Assembly: GCA_963618495.1 (NCBI GenBank)
Contig: CAVESF010000003.1
Location: 7,190-71,189, forward strand
DNA length: 64,000 nt
Direction of reading: 5' to 3'
DNA from: Acutalibacteraceae bacterium
GTDB taxonomy: Bacteria > Bacillota > Clostridia > Oscillospirales > CAG-272
This document shows positions 56,227-64,000 of this stretch, piece after piece. The notes under the pieces are model-generated. The model did no database searches, was not told where the DNA came from, and saw nothing but the letters and a program-made list of their open reading frames with translations. Made by a program: the position numbers and the translations under genes. Numbering within the stretch: the stretch's first letter is position 1; each line of letters starts with the position of its first letter.

Positions 56227-57024
56227 TTATGAAATTCTGTTTTTGAGGCGCAGATTGTCCGAAATCATGGCAATAAATTCGCTGTTTGTTGGCTTTCCAC
56301 GTTCGTTTTGTATCGTGTAGCCGAAGTACGAATTGAGCACATCAAGGTCACCTCTGTCCCATGCGACTTCTATCGCATGGCGGATGGCGCGCTCTACGCG
56401 CGAGGATGTTGTTTCATAAGTCTTGGCAACGGAGGGATACAGAATTTTTGTGACAGAGTTTATCAGATTGTTGTTTTCCACAGTCATTATTATGGCTGTG
56501 CGCAGATACTGATAGCCCTTTATATGCGCGGGAACGCCGATTTTGTGCAGGATTTTTGTCACCTGTGTTTCGAGGTCGGCGTCATCGTCGCTCCCCGATC
56601 CTGTGCGCATGCTCGAAAGCGGTATTTTGAAATTGTTCTGTCTGTTTCTGTAGATACGCATGATTCTGTCAAAGAGAGTTGCATATTCCACGGGCTTCTG
56701 GATGCAGAATGTTGCGCCCGCTTCGCTTGCCTCTAGGAAGAGGTTGGGATTTGAACAATACGAGAGCGCGATAAAATCAGGTGTCTGAAGCGGATTCGGG
56801 AAGAGAAGCTTCGACTTCTTTATAATCTGAATGGGATCACCCTTGGGGAGCCATATATCAATAAAGACGATATCCGGCGTAGTACGCTTTATTTTCGTCA
56901 GTATGTCCGAACCATCGGATGCCTCCTCGACTATTTCCATGCCGGCGCGCGTCAGGTTTTCCCTGAGATTCATGCGAAATTCGACATTTTCATCTGCGAT
57001 AAGTATTCTTACTTTTTGTTCCAT
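56227..57024 (-). CDS. spo0A: sporulation master regulator Spo0A
   Basis: The C-terminal domain ..[64 protein letters not shown] is the Spo0A signature. There is an N-terminal receiver domain. ATG 57024 (GGAGA RBS) is preferred over 57039. Confidence 0.88.
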   Translation of the reverse strand: MEQKVRILIADENVEFRMNLRENLTRAGMEIVEEASDGSDILTKIKRTTPDIVFIDIWLPKGDPIQIIKKSKLLFPNPLQTPDFIALSYCSNPNLFLEASEAGATFCIQKPVEYATLFDRIMRIYRNRQNNFKIPLSSMRTGSGSDDDADLETQVTKILHKIGVPAHIKGYQYLRTAIIMTVENNNLINSVTKILYPSVAKTYETTSSRVERAIRHAIEVAWDRGDLDVLNSYFGYTIQNERGKPTNSEFIAMISDNLRLKNRIS

Positions 57025-57071
57025 GTTAATTTTCTCCATTTCTTTGTTTTAGTGCCGGATTTTTGACTTAC

Positions 57072-57137
57072 CAAAATTTTCCAACAACATACTACCATAT
57101 TTTGGGAATTTTTGCAATAGTAAGTTGGAAAATTTTG
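57072..57137. promoter_or_regulatory. spo0A promoter candidate bracketed by a perfect 14-bp inverted repeat
   Basis: CAAAATTTTCCAAC lies at 57072-57085 and its exact reverse complement at 57124-57137. Between them, on the minus strand, are TTGCAA (57117-12), a 17-nt spacer, and TAGTAT (57094-89). Confidence 0.5.
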
Positions 57138-57273
57138 TCAACAAATTTGAAGACATATTTTTGTTTACCTTGCCAAAATCGTTTTTCAATAATCGTCAAA
57201 TAAGAACAAAAGGGAATATTAAAAACGGCGAATATTCGGGATTTAAACCGCGATAAAGCGAATTTGCGTGAAT

Positions 57274-57750
57274 TTACTTGCAAAGAAGGCAGACGGCATG
57301 ACACGATATGCCTTCCTCGTTTCCCGTAAAACCGAGATGCTCTTCCGTAGTTCCTTTGATATTTACAGAATCAATATCGATTTCGAGCGCATCCGAGATG
57401 TTTTTTCTCATCATGTCGGTGTATGGCGATATTTTTGGCTTCTGCGCTATCAGCGTGACATCCACATTGCAGACTCGATAGTCGAGCGCCGATATCTTTT
57501 TATATACCTCGTCGAGCAGAACAAGACTTGATATTCCTTTATATTTATCGTCGGTATCGGGAAAGTGCTTTCCTATATCGCCGAGCGCAGCCGCACCGAG
57601 CAGAGCATCGCAGACCGCATGGAGCAGAACATCGGCATCGGAATGCCCGAGAAGCCCCGTTTTATGCGGTATTTCCACCCCGCCGAGAAAAAGCTTTCTC
57701 CCCTCGGTGAGCCTGTGAACATCATATCCGTGACCTATGCGGAAATTCAT
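57274..57750 (-). CDS. ispF: 2-C-methyl-D-erythritol 2,4-cyclodiphosphate synthase
   Basis: [38 protein letters not shown].. are IspF signatures. 158 aa. Confidence 0.93.
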   Translation of the reverse strand: MNFRIGHGYDVHRLTEGRKLFLGGVEIPHKTGLLGHSDADVLLHAVCDALLGAAALGDIGKHFPDTDDKYKGISSLVLLDEVYKKISALDYRVCNVDVTLIAQKPKISPYTDMMRKNISDALEIDIDSVNIKGTTEEHLGFTGNEEGISCHAVCLLCK

Positions 57751-58502
57751 TGGTCGCCCCTCCCGTTCAGCACGCCGAGTACCTCGCGGATATCGGCAGG
57801 CGTTGTTATCTTTATATTGTCGGAGCCTGTTTCAATGCAGTAGACATTGAAGCCGGCGTGCTCCGCCATCATTGCGTCGTCCGTGATTGCCGCGCCCTTG
57901 CTTTTGCAGTTTTTCAGTGAAACAAAATAAATGCTTTTCTTGAAAACCTGCGGCGTCTGCGCGCGCCATATCTTGCTCCTGTCGAGCGTACCCGTGATTT
58001 TTCCGTCCTCGTCGGCTTTTTTCATTGTATCGGTCGCCTTTGTCGCCGCTATTGCCGCGCCTTTTTCAAATGCCGCCTTTATCACGGCTGATATTTTTTC
58101 GGGAGTTATGAGGCAGCGCGCACCATCGTGAATGGCTACGAAATCGGCATTCTTTGATACGGCGGAAAATCCGTTTTCCGCCGAACGGGCGCGCGTATTT
58201 CCGCCGAGAACGACGCGCGAAATCTTTGTGAGCCCGTATTCGTTTTTGAATTCTTCATTGTAGTAGGGAAGTTCCGCTTCGTTTGTTACGACAATGATTT
58301 CGTCTATAAGCTCGCATTCCTGAAAGGAGCAGAGCGTATGCGCAATGACGCTTTTGCCGCTGAGCTCTATCATCTGCTTTGAAATGCCTTGCATCCTTGT
58401 GCTCAGACCGGCCGCGAGTATTACCGCAGAGGTAAAGGGACGCTCTCTTTTGTGCGTCAGGACATTCATGGCATTGCTTATTTTTTTGAGTATATTTTTC
58501 AT
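57747..58502 (-). CDS. ispD: 2-C-methyl-D-erythritol 4-phosphate cytidylyltransferase
   Basis: ..[17 protein letters not shown].. is the IspD P-loop-like motif. I chose ATG 58502 (GGAGG RBS). Its stop overlaps the ispF start. Confidence 0.9.
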   Translation of the reverse strand: MKNILKKISNAMNVLTHKRERPFTSAVILAAGLSTRMQGISKQMIELSGKSVIAHTLCSFQECELIDEIIVVTNEAELPYYNEEFKNEYGLTKISRVVLGGNTRARSAENGFSAVSKNADFVAIHDGARCLITPEKISAVIKAAFEKGAAIAATKATDTMKKADEDGKITGTLDRSKIWRAQTPQVFKKSIYFVSLKNCKSKGAAITDDAMMAEHAGFNVYCIETGSDNIKITTPADIREVLGVLNGRGDQ

Positions 58503-58699
58503 TATAACCTCCGATAGGTGCAGCCGATAACCGTAAAATCGGCTTGACATAACTATTTTACCATAAAAACAGCAGTTTGTCATTGATAAAAGTAAAAAAA
58601 ATGGAAATTTTATAAAAAATTTTCAAAAATCTATTTATTTATACCGAAAAGTATATTATAATATAGAAACAAGATTATTCTTTCAGGAGAGAAAAGAAG

Positions 58700-59566
58700 T
58701 TGGAATTACTGAATTATATTGCAGAGCAATTTTTGGCAATAAAGCTTATTGATATTCTGGATATCGCCGTAGTGTCGATACTCATTTACTATATAATAAA
58801 GTTCATCCGTGACAGACGTGCGAGCAAGTTGGCACTCGGCGTTTTAATGGTTCTTATCGTTGTGCTTATAAGCGATATACTCGATATGCGTGCGCTGAAA
58901 TTTCTGCTGTCAAATATAGTGCAGGTCGGTCTTATTTCGCTTATCATCATATTCCAGCCGGAGCTTCGTTCCGCTCTTGAAAAGATGGGCGGTAGCCCCT
59001 TCCGCACGATAAAGAATGCGGGCGAAACGAAATCCTCCCAGTCAAAGCATACCGCTATAAACAATATCTGCGAGGCGGCAAGCGAGCTTTCCAAGGAATA
59101 TACCGGTGCGCTGATTGTTATAGAGCGTTCGACTCCTCTCGGCGATATTATAAAGACAGGAACTATCGTTAATGCCGATGTTACGGTTCCGCTTCTCCGC
59201 AACATATTTTATAATAAAGCGCCACTGCATGACGGTGCCGTAGTCATCAAAAACGGCAGAATCTATGCCGCCGGCTGTTTTCTGCCGATGTCCACAAACG
59301 ATGACATAATCAAGGATCTCGGTACACGCCACCGCTCCGCTATAGGTATGAGTGAAAACAGCGACGCCGTTATAGTCGTTGTTTCTGAGGAGACGGGAAC
59401 GATATCAATAGCCGTAGACGGTCAGCTCAAGCGCAATTATGACCTCGGTACGCTGAAAACAGAGCTTTCGGCTCTCCTCGGCGACGATTCGCATACAAAA
59501 GAGCACAAAGGCGAAAAGCATTCTCATGAGGTTCATGAAGAAGAGCAGACGCAGGAGCAGAAATGA
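58700..59566 (+). CDS. cdaA: diadenylate cyclase CdaA (DacA)
   Basis: Three N-terminal TM helices. The DAC domain carries ..PLHDGAVVI.. and ..GTRHRSAIG... The start is TTG with an AGGAGAG RBS. The C-terminal tail is His/Glu-rich. Confidence 0.92.
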   Translation: MELLNYIAEQFLAIKLIDILDIAVVSILIYYIIKFIRDRRASKLALGVLMVLIVVLISDILDMRALKFLLSNIVQVGLISLIIIFQPELRSALEKMGGSPFRTIKNAGETKSSQSKHTAINNICEAASELSKEYTGALIVIERSTPLGDIIKTGTIVNADVTVPLLRNIFYNKAPLHDGAVVIKNGRIYAAGCFLPMSTNDDIIKDLGTRHRSAIGMSENSDAVIVVVSEETGTISIAVDGQLKRNYDLGTLKTELSALLGDDSHTKEHKGEKHSHEVHEEEQTQEQK

Positions 59567-60153
59567 TCACAGGCGGAAGGGAGCTTAGCAAATTGAAAGA
59601 AACATTCAGCAAGTTAAAAGAATTTTTCAGGCAGAAAAGTACGGTTGTAGACCGCGAGGAAGGCTCCGATGACTACACGGTCAAGCAGAATAAGAAAGCC
59701 GATATAATAATAAGAATTTTTTCAATACTTGCGGCTATAATCATCTGGATTTATGCCGTGAGTACCGACGGAGCGATAAAAACGACCGACTATCAGTTCA
59801 CAAGCAATGATATTACGATAAAAAACGAAAGTGTATTAAACGAAAGAAACTTCGACGTTTCTCTTGCCGAGACAAATATAGTGGTAACGGTAAAGGGCAG
59901 AAAACTCAGCGCTACCGATGCGAAGAAAAGCAGGGTGAAGCTTTCCGTCGACGCCGCATCGGTGACAGCCGCGGGAGACACGATGCTCAAACTCGAGATT
60001 GACCTGCCTATAGGCGTGGCGCTCGTATCTGTTTCGCCCGAGTTTATAAGAGCGGACATTACGACATCGCCTGTCGAACATGCCGATGATGAAAACGGCA
60101 CGCAGGCTGATACTGCCGAAGCGGAAAATGAGAAAACAGGCGTAAAAGAATAA
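59563..60153 (+). CDS. cdaR: YbbR-domain protein (CdaR-like regulator of CdaA), short single-domain form
   Basis: It has a TM anchor (..IIRIFSILAAIIIWIYAV) and one YbbR-like beta domain. Its start overlaps the cdaA stop (ATGA). Confidence 0.6.
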   Translation: MITGGRELSKLKETFSKLKEFFRQKSTVVDREEGSDDYTVKQNKKADIIIRIFSILAAIIIWIYAVSTDGAIKTTDYQFTSNDITIKNESVLNERNFDVSLAETNIVVTVKGRKLSATDAKKSRVKLSVDAASVTAAGDTMLKLEIDLPIGVALVSVSPEFIRADITTSPVEHADDENGTQADTAEAENEKTGVKE

Positions 60154-60154
60154 G

Positions 60155-61771
60155 ATGCAGAGACACAGATATATAGTACAAAATATAAAAATGCCTATCG
60201 GAGCTTCAACAGACGAGACCTTTCTTTTTGCACGAAAGCGTTTGTTGAAGTTCTTTTCCGCTGACAGCATTTCGGAGATGAAAATATTCAAAAAATCCGT
60301 AGATGCGAGGAAAAAGGCTGATATAAAATTCGTTTATTCCGTTATTGCCGCGGTTGACGGAAAGAAACCCTGTGACGAAAAGCTTGCCCGCGAGAGCATA
60401 ACCGTGGCAAAAGAATCCGATATCACACCGATTTTCGGGGATGAGGAGCTCGGTGCGCGCCCTGTGATAGTCGGCTTCGGTCCCTGCGGAATGTTTGCGG
60501 CTCTGATGCTTGCAAAATACGGATATCGCCCGATAGTACTGGAAAGAGGCAAGAATACGGCAGAGCGAAGCGCCGATGTGGACGCGTTTTTCCGCTCATG
60601 CATGCTTGACAGCGAATCGAATGTTCAGTTCGGCGCGGGCGGAGCGGGCACATTTTCGGATGGCAAGCTCATGACGCGCATAAATGACCCGAAATGCGCT
60701 TATGTTCTCGAAACCATGGTGCGCCACGGCGCACCGGAAGATATACTTTCAAACGCACGCCCCCATGTAGGAACTGACTATCTGAAGCAAGTTGTTTCCG
60801 GCATAGAAGCTGAAATAATTTCTCTCGGCGGAGAGATACATTACAAAACAAAATTCGAGGGCTTTGACTACAACGGCGGGCGGTCAATCCGCTCGGTCAG
60901 AACAGGGCGCGGAGACACGGAATGCGGTGCGCTTATGCTCGCGATAGGTCACAGCGCGAGAGATACATTCGAGATGCTCGGCAGCACATCGCTTGTGATA
61001 ACGCCGAAGCCGTTTTCTGTCGGAGTGAGAACAGAACATCTGCAGAAAAATATAGATAAAGGACTCTACGGCGACCTTGCGGGCGACCCAAGACTGCCGA
61101 AAGGTGAATATAACCTCTCGTGCCACATAGGAGGGCGCGGCGTATATACTTTCTGTATGTGCCCTGGCGGAGAGGTTGTGGCGGCGGCATCGGAGCACGG
61201 CGGAGTCGTGACAAACGGTATGAGCAGCTACAGCAGAAGCGGCAAAAACGCAAACTGTGCTGTTGCCGTATCGGTGCTTCCCGCTGATTTCGGCGGCACA
61301 GTCGCGGGCGCGATAGATTTCCAGCGCAGGATAGAGCGAGCCGCATTTGATATCGGCGGCAGAGGATATGCCGCGCCTTGCCAGAGCGTAGGCAGTTTTC
61401 TCGGCAAAGCGGGATGTCGCAATTCGACAGGTGCAGTGGAGCCGACTTACATGGGCGGAAATGTAACATTCACCGAAGTCGGGCGAGCTTTTCCCCAATT
61501 TGTTACCGAGTCGCTAAAAGCGGGCATTGCGGATTTCGGAAGAAAACTGCATGGCTTTGACTGCGATGACGCGCTGATAACGGCACCTGAAACGAGAACA
61601 TCATCTCCTATACGCATATGCAGAGAGAAGAATTTTATAGCGCAAAACTATGAAAATCTCTATGTAGGCGGAGAGGGTGCGGGATACGCCGGAGGAATAA
61701 CAAGCGCTGCCGTAGACGGCATAAATATGGCGCTTGCCCTCATGGCAAAATATAAACCGCCGAAACTTTGA
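60155..61771 (+). CDS. FAD-dependent oxidoreductase (COG2509-type)
   Basis: Dinucleotide-binding ..PVIVGFGPCGMFAALMLAKYGYRPIVLERG.. and ..GAGGAGTFSDGKL.. motifs. 538 aa. Confidence 0.8.
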   Translation: MQRHRYIVQNIKMPIGASTDETFLFARKRLLKFFSADSISEMKIFKKSVDARKKADIKFVYSVIAAVDGKKPCDEKLARESITVAKESDITPIFGDEELGARPVIVGFGPCGMFAALMLAKYGYRPIVLERGKNTAERSADVDAFFRSCMLDSESNVQFGAGGAGTFSDGKLMTRINDPKCAYVLETMVRHGAPEDILSNARPHVGTDYLKQVVSGIEAEIISLGGEIHYKTKFEGFDYNGGRSIRSVRTGRGDTECGALMLAIGHSARDTFEMLGSTSLVITPKPFSVGVRTEHLQKNIDKGLYGDLAGDPRLPKGEYNLSCHIGGRGVYTFCMCPGGEVVAAASEHGGVVTNGMSSYSRSGKNANCAVAVSVLPADFGGTVAGAIDFQRRIERAAFDIGGRGYAAPCQSVGSFLGKAGCRNSTGAVEPTYMGGNVTFTEVGRAFPQFVTESLKAGIADFGRKLHGFDCDDALITAPETRTSSPIRICREKNFIAQNYENLYVGGEGAGYAGGITSAAVDGINMALALMAKYKPPKL

Positions 61772-61809
61772 CGGTGATTCAATAATACAAAGAGAGGACG
61801 GACCTTTCC

Positions 61810-63927
61810 TTGAAAAAAGAAAAAAAGTGGATAATTCGTGAGCAGGATGAAGAGACTGTGTCGACTCTCTGCAAAACGCTCGGCGTTTCGCCAGTCACTG
61901 CCCGCGTGCTCTGCAACAGGGGCTACAACGACCCGCAGAGAGCAAAGATTTTTATAGATAAATCCGAGAGCTTCCTCCATGACCCTTTTCTCATGAAAGA
62001 TATGGATGCCGCTGTCGCAAGAATAATGCAGGCTATAGAAAACGGCGAAAAAATCACCGTATACGGCGATTATGATGCCGATGGCGTGACATCCGTTTCG
62101 ATGCTTCTGCGGTACTTTCGCGACCGCGGAACAAACGTTGATTTCTATATTCCTTCCCGTGAATCAGAGGGCTACGGTGTGAACCGCGATGCCATAGATA
62201 CGATAGCCGCGAGCGGCGCGAAGCTTATCATAACCGTAGATACGGGCATAACGGCGGCAGGTGAGGCTGAATATGCAAAGAGCCTCGGAATTGATATGGT
62301 AATAACAGACCATCATCAGTGTCCCGATATTCTGCCCGATGCCGTTGCCGTAGTAAATCCGCACAGAGCGGACTGCGGATATCCATATAAGGACTTGGCA
62401 GGCGTTGGTGTCGCTTTCAAGCTGATATGTGCGCTGGAGCTTGCCTGCGAAAACGGAGGAGAATACAATCTCGATACGGTCAAGGATATGTGCCGCTCGT
62501 ATATCAGTCTCGCGGCAATCGGCACGATAGCCGATGTGATGCCCGTGACCGGAGAAAACCGAATAATAATTCACATAGGGCTTGGTTTACTGCGCGATAC
62601 CGAGGATGTCAGCATGAAATCGCTCCTCTCCGCCGCAGGAATAGAAACGGACTCGGGGCGCAACAAAAAAAGCGTGCTGAAGCGTATTTCCGTTTCCTCT
62701 GTTGCTTTCGGTGTGGCACCGCGCATAAATGCGGCGGGACGCATGGGCGATGCGGGAAGAGCGGTTCAGCTTTTTATGACAGAGTCTCCGATGCTTGCCG
62801 ATGCCATAGCGGAGGAGCTTTGTGCCTTTAACCGCGAGCGTCAGGCACTGGAAAATTCAATATTAAAGGAAGCCGAGGCTTTTCTTTCGAAGAACCGTCA
62901 TGCCGCCGAATGCGATATTCTTGTGATAACAGGCGACAATTGGCATCACGGCGTCATAGGTATAGTTGCCTCCAAGATAACCGAGCGCTACGGCAAGCCC
63001 TGCGTGCTGATATCTTTTCCAAAAGACACGGATGAGGGCAGGGGAAGTGCCAGAAGCGTTATCGGCTTTGACATATTTGCGGCATTTTCCGCTTGCAGTG
63101 AGCTTCTTGTCAAGTTCGGAGGACATGAGCTTGCGGCAGGACTTACTATCGAGCGCGAAAATGTAGACACTTTTCGCGATGCGGTAAATGCCTATGCGCA
63201 TGATTCTTTTGCCTCTGGAATGCCCGAAATTGTCTGTGAGATAGACTGCGAGGTTTCGGAGAGCGATATCAACATGGTCGAGGCAAACGAGCTTATGCGG
63301 CTCGAGCCTTACGGCGCAGGCAATCCTGCGCCCGTATTCCTGCTGAAGAACGCCAGAATAGACGATATAACACTGCTCAAGGATGATAAGCATACAAAGC
63401 TGATGATAAAAATCGGCGACATACTTGTTCCCGTGCTTTTGTTCGGCAGAAATCTTATCTCGGAGGGCTACGAATGCGGCGACAGCGCGGATATAGCTTT
63501 CAATCTCGATATAAACGAATTTCGCGGGATATCATCGGTTCAGATGATGGCAAAGGAAATCCGCTTCGGAAAAGACACTCTGCTTGAATATATAGAAGCC
63601 GAGGAATACGCTGAAAATGTCATTTTCGGAAGAGAAATATGCGAGACGGATGATTATCCCGAGCGCGGCGATTTTGTTCTGCTGTATAAGTTTCTGCAAA
63701 AGAACGCGCCCGCGGAAAGCACGGAAATCAATATAAAGGCGGCGCTTCGCGCGCTCCCGTCGATTTCTTTTGTCAAACTGAAAATAATGATGGCTGTATT
63801 TGCCGATGCAGGGCTTATTACCGCGGATAAATGCAGCGGCATGACATATTCTTTTTCCTTGCCGAAGGTAACGGAAAAAACAGATATTACAAATAACAGA
63901 CTCCTGAAAGGGATAAAAACGGAGTAG
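61810..63927 (+). CDS. recJ: single-stranded-DNA-specific exonuclease RecJ
   Basis: DHH motifs ..VYGDYDADGVTS.., ..ITVDTGITA.. and ..VITDHHQCP.., plus a DHHA1 domain (..GGHELAAG..). 705 aa with a TTG start. Confidence 0.92.
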   Translation: MKKEKKWIIREQDEETVSTLCKTLGVSPVTARVLCNRGYNDPQRAKIFIDKSESFLHDPFLMKDMDAAVARIMQAIENGEKITVYGDYDADGVTSVSMLLRYFRDRGTNVDFYIPSRESEGYGVNRDAIDTIAASGAKLIITVDTGITAAGEAEYAKSLGIDMVITDHHQCPDILPDAVAVVNPHRADCGYPYKDLAGVGVAFKLICALELACENGGEYNLDTVKDMCRSYISLAAIGTIADVMPVTGENRIIIHIGLGLLRDTEDVSMKSLLSAAGIETDSGRNKKSVLKRISVSSVAFGVAPRINAAGRMGDAGRAVQLFMTESPMLADAIAEELCAFNRERQALENSILKEAEAFLSKNRHAAECDILVITGDNWHHGVIGIVASKITERYGKPCVLISFPKDTDEGRGSARSVIGFDIFAAFSACSELLVKFGGHELAAGLTIERENVDTFRDAVNAYAHDSFASGMPEIVCEIDCEVSESDINMVEANELMRLEPYGAGNPAPVFLLKNARIDDITLLKDDKHTKLMIKIGDILVPVLLFGRNLISEGYECGDSADIAFNLDINEFRGISSVQMMAKEIRFGKDTLLEYIEAEEYAENVIFGREICETDDYPERGDFVLLYKFLQKNAPAESTEINIKAALRALPSISFVKLKIMMAVFADAGLITADKCSGMTYSFSLPKVTEKTDITNNRLLKGIKTE

Positions 63928-63951
63928 CCCAATGGAGTCGGGAGAAAAAAG

Positions 63952-64000
63952 ATGTTTTACGATATAGACAGGCTCATGTTCATACTGGAAAGTACGGGCA
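63952..64000 (+). CDS. 5' end of an unidentified ORF (runs off window)
   Basis: ATG 63952 follows a GGGAGAAAAAAG RBS-like stretch. Only 16 codons are visible (MFYDIDRLMFILESTG). Confidence 0.3.
   Translation, partial: MFYDIDRLMFILESTG

Noticed and set aside
57040-57273. Canonical Spo0A boxes (TGTCGAA) and a sigma-H promoter upstream of spo0A.
   Set aside because: Only partial matches are present (for example GGCGAA, TTCGCC), nothing I would call a site by eye.
1-64000. CRISPR arrays, rRNA genes, integrases/recombinases, reverse transcriptases and obvious toxin-antitoxin or restriction-modification modules.
   Set aside because: I saw no regularly spaced direct repeats and no ORF with the corresponding signature motifs while reading both strands. 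My search for short dispersed repeats was by eye and is not exhaustive.

Overview
This is a 64-kb chromosomal segment that looks like a spore-forming Clostridia-type Firmicute, judged from gene content and synteny, not from any search. Hand counts put GC at roughly 50-60 % in the core genes. I can support about 60 protein genes and one tRNA-Pro(UGG). I saw no rRNA and no CRISPR array. Most of the window is ordinary housekeeping in conserved blocks: plsX-rnc-radical SAM-smc-ftsY-rdgB, yhbY-yqeK-(LCP)-rsfS-leuS, yceD-rpmF, DUF512-der-plsY, thyX-tagA, gltX-metG-like, ispD-ispF, spo0A, cdaA-cdaR and recJ. Many operons carry near-consensus sigma-A promoters (TTGACA/TTGAAA-17-TATAAT) and clean hairpin terminators. 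The less ordinary parts are: (1) an ECF importer operon led by two cell-anchored proteins (an alpha-toroid protein and a DUF4430 protein) that together resemble a split transcobalamin-like capture module; (2) a sigma-70-like module that is frame-disrupted at its 5' end and has no stop before a 378-aa wHTH protein; (3) a mini P-loop ATPase with a structured leader, next to a Cys-rich protein; (4) a lipoprotein serpin; (5) a ~3.9-kb low-GC islet between a solo IS-type terminal repeat and the 3' end of tRNA-Pro, holding two divergent XRE/helical-repeat regulators with palindromic operators, a 540-bp hairpin-dense non-coding field and a P-loop protein; (6) an IS30-like stub abutting spo0A, whose promoter is bracketed by a perfect 14-bp inverted repeat; (7) a MetRS-like gene with degenerate class-I motifs. 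I did not find a clear-cut new defence or mobile system. The candidates above are hypotheses that need database and experimental checks.
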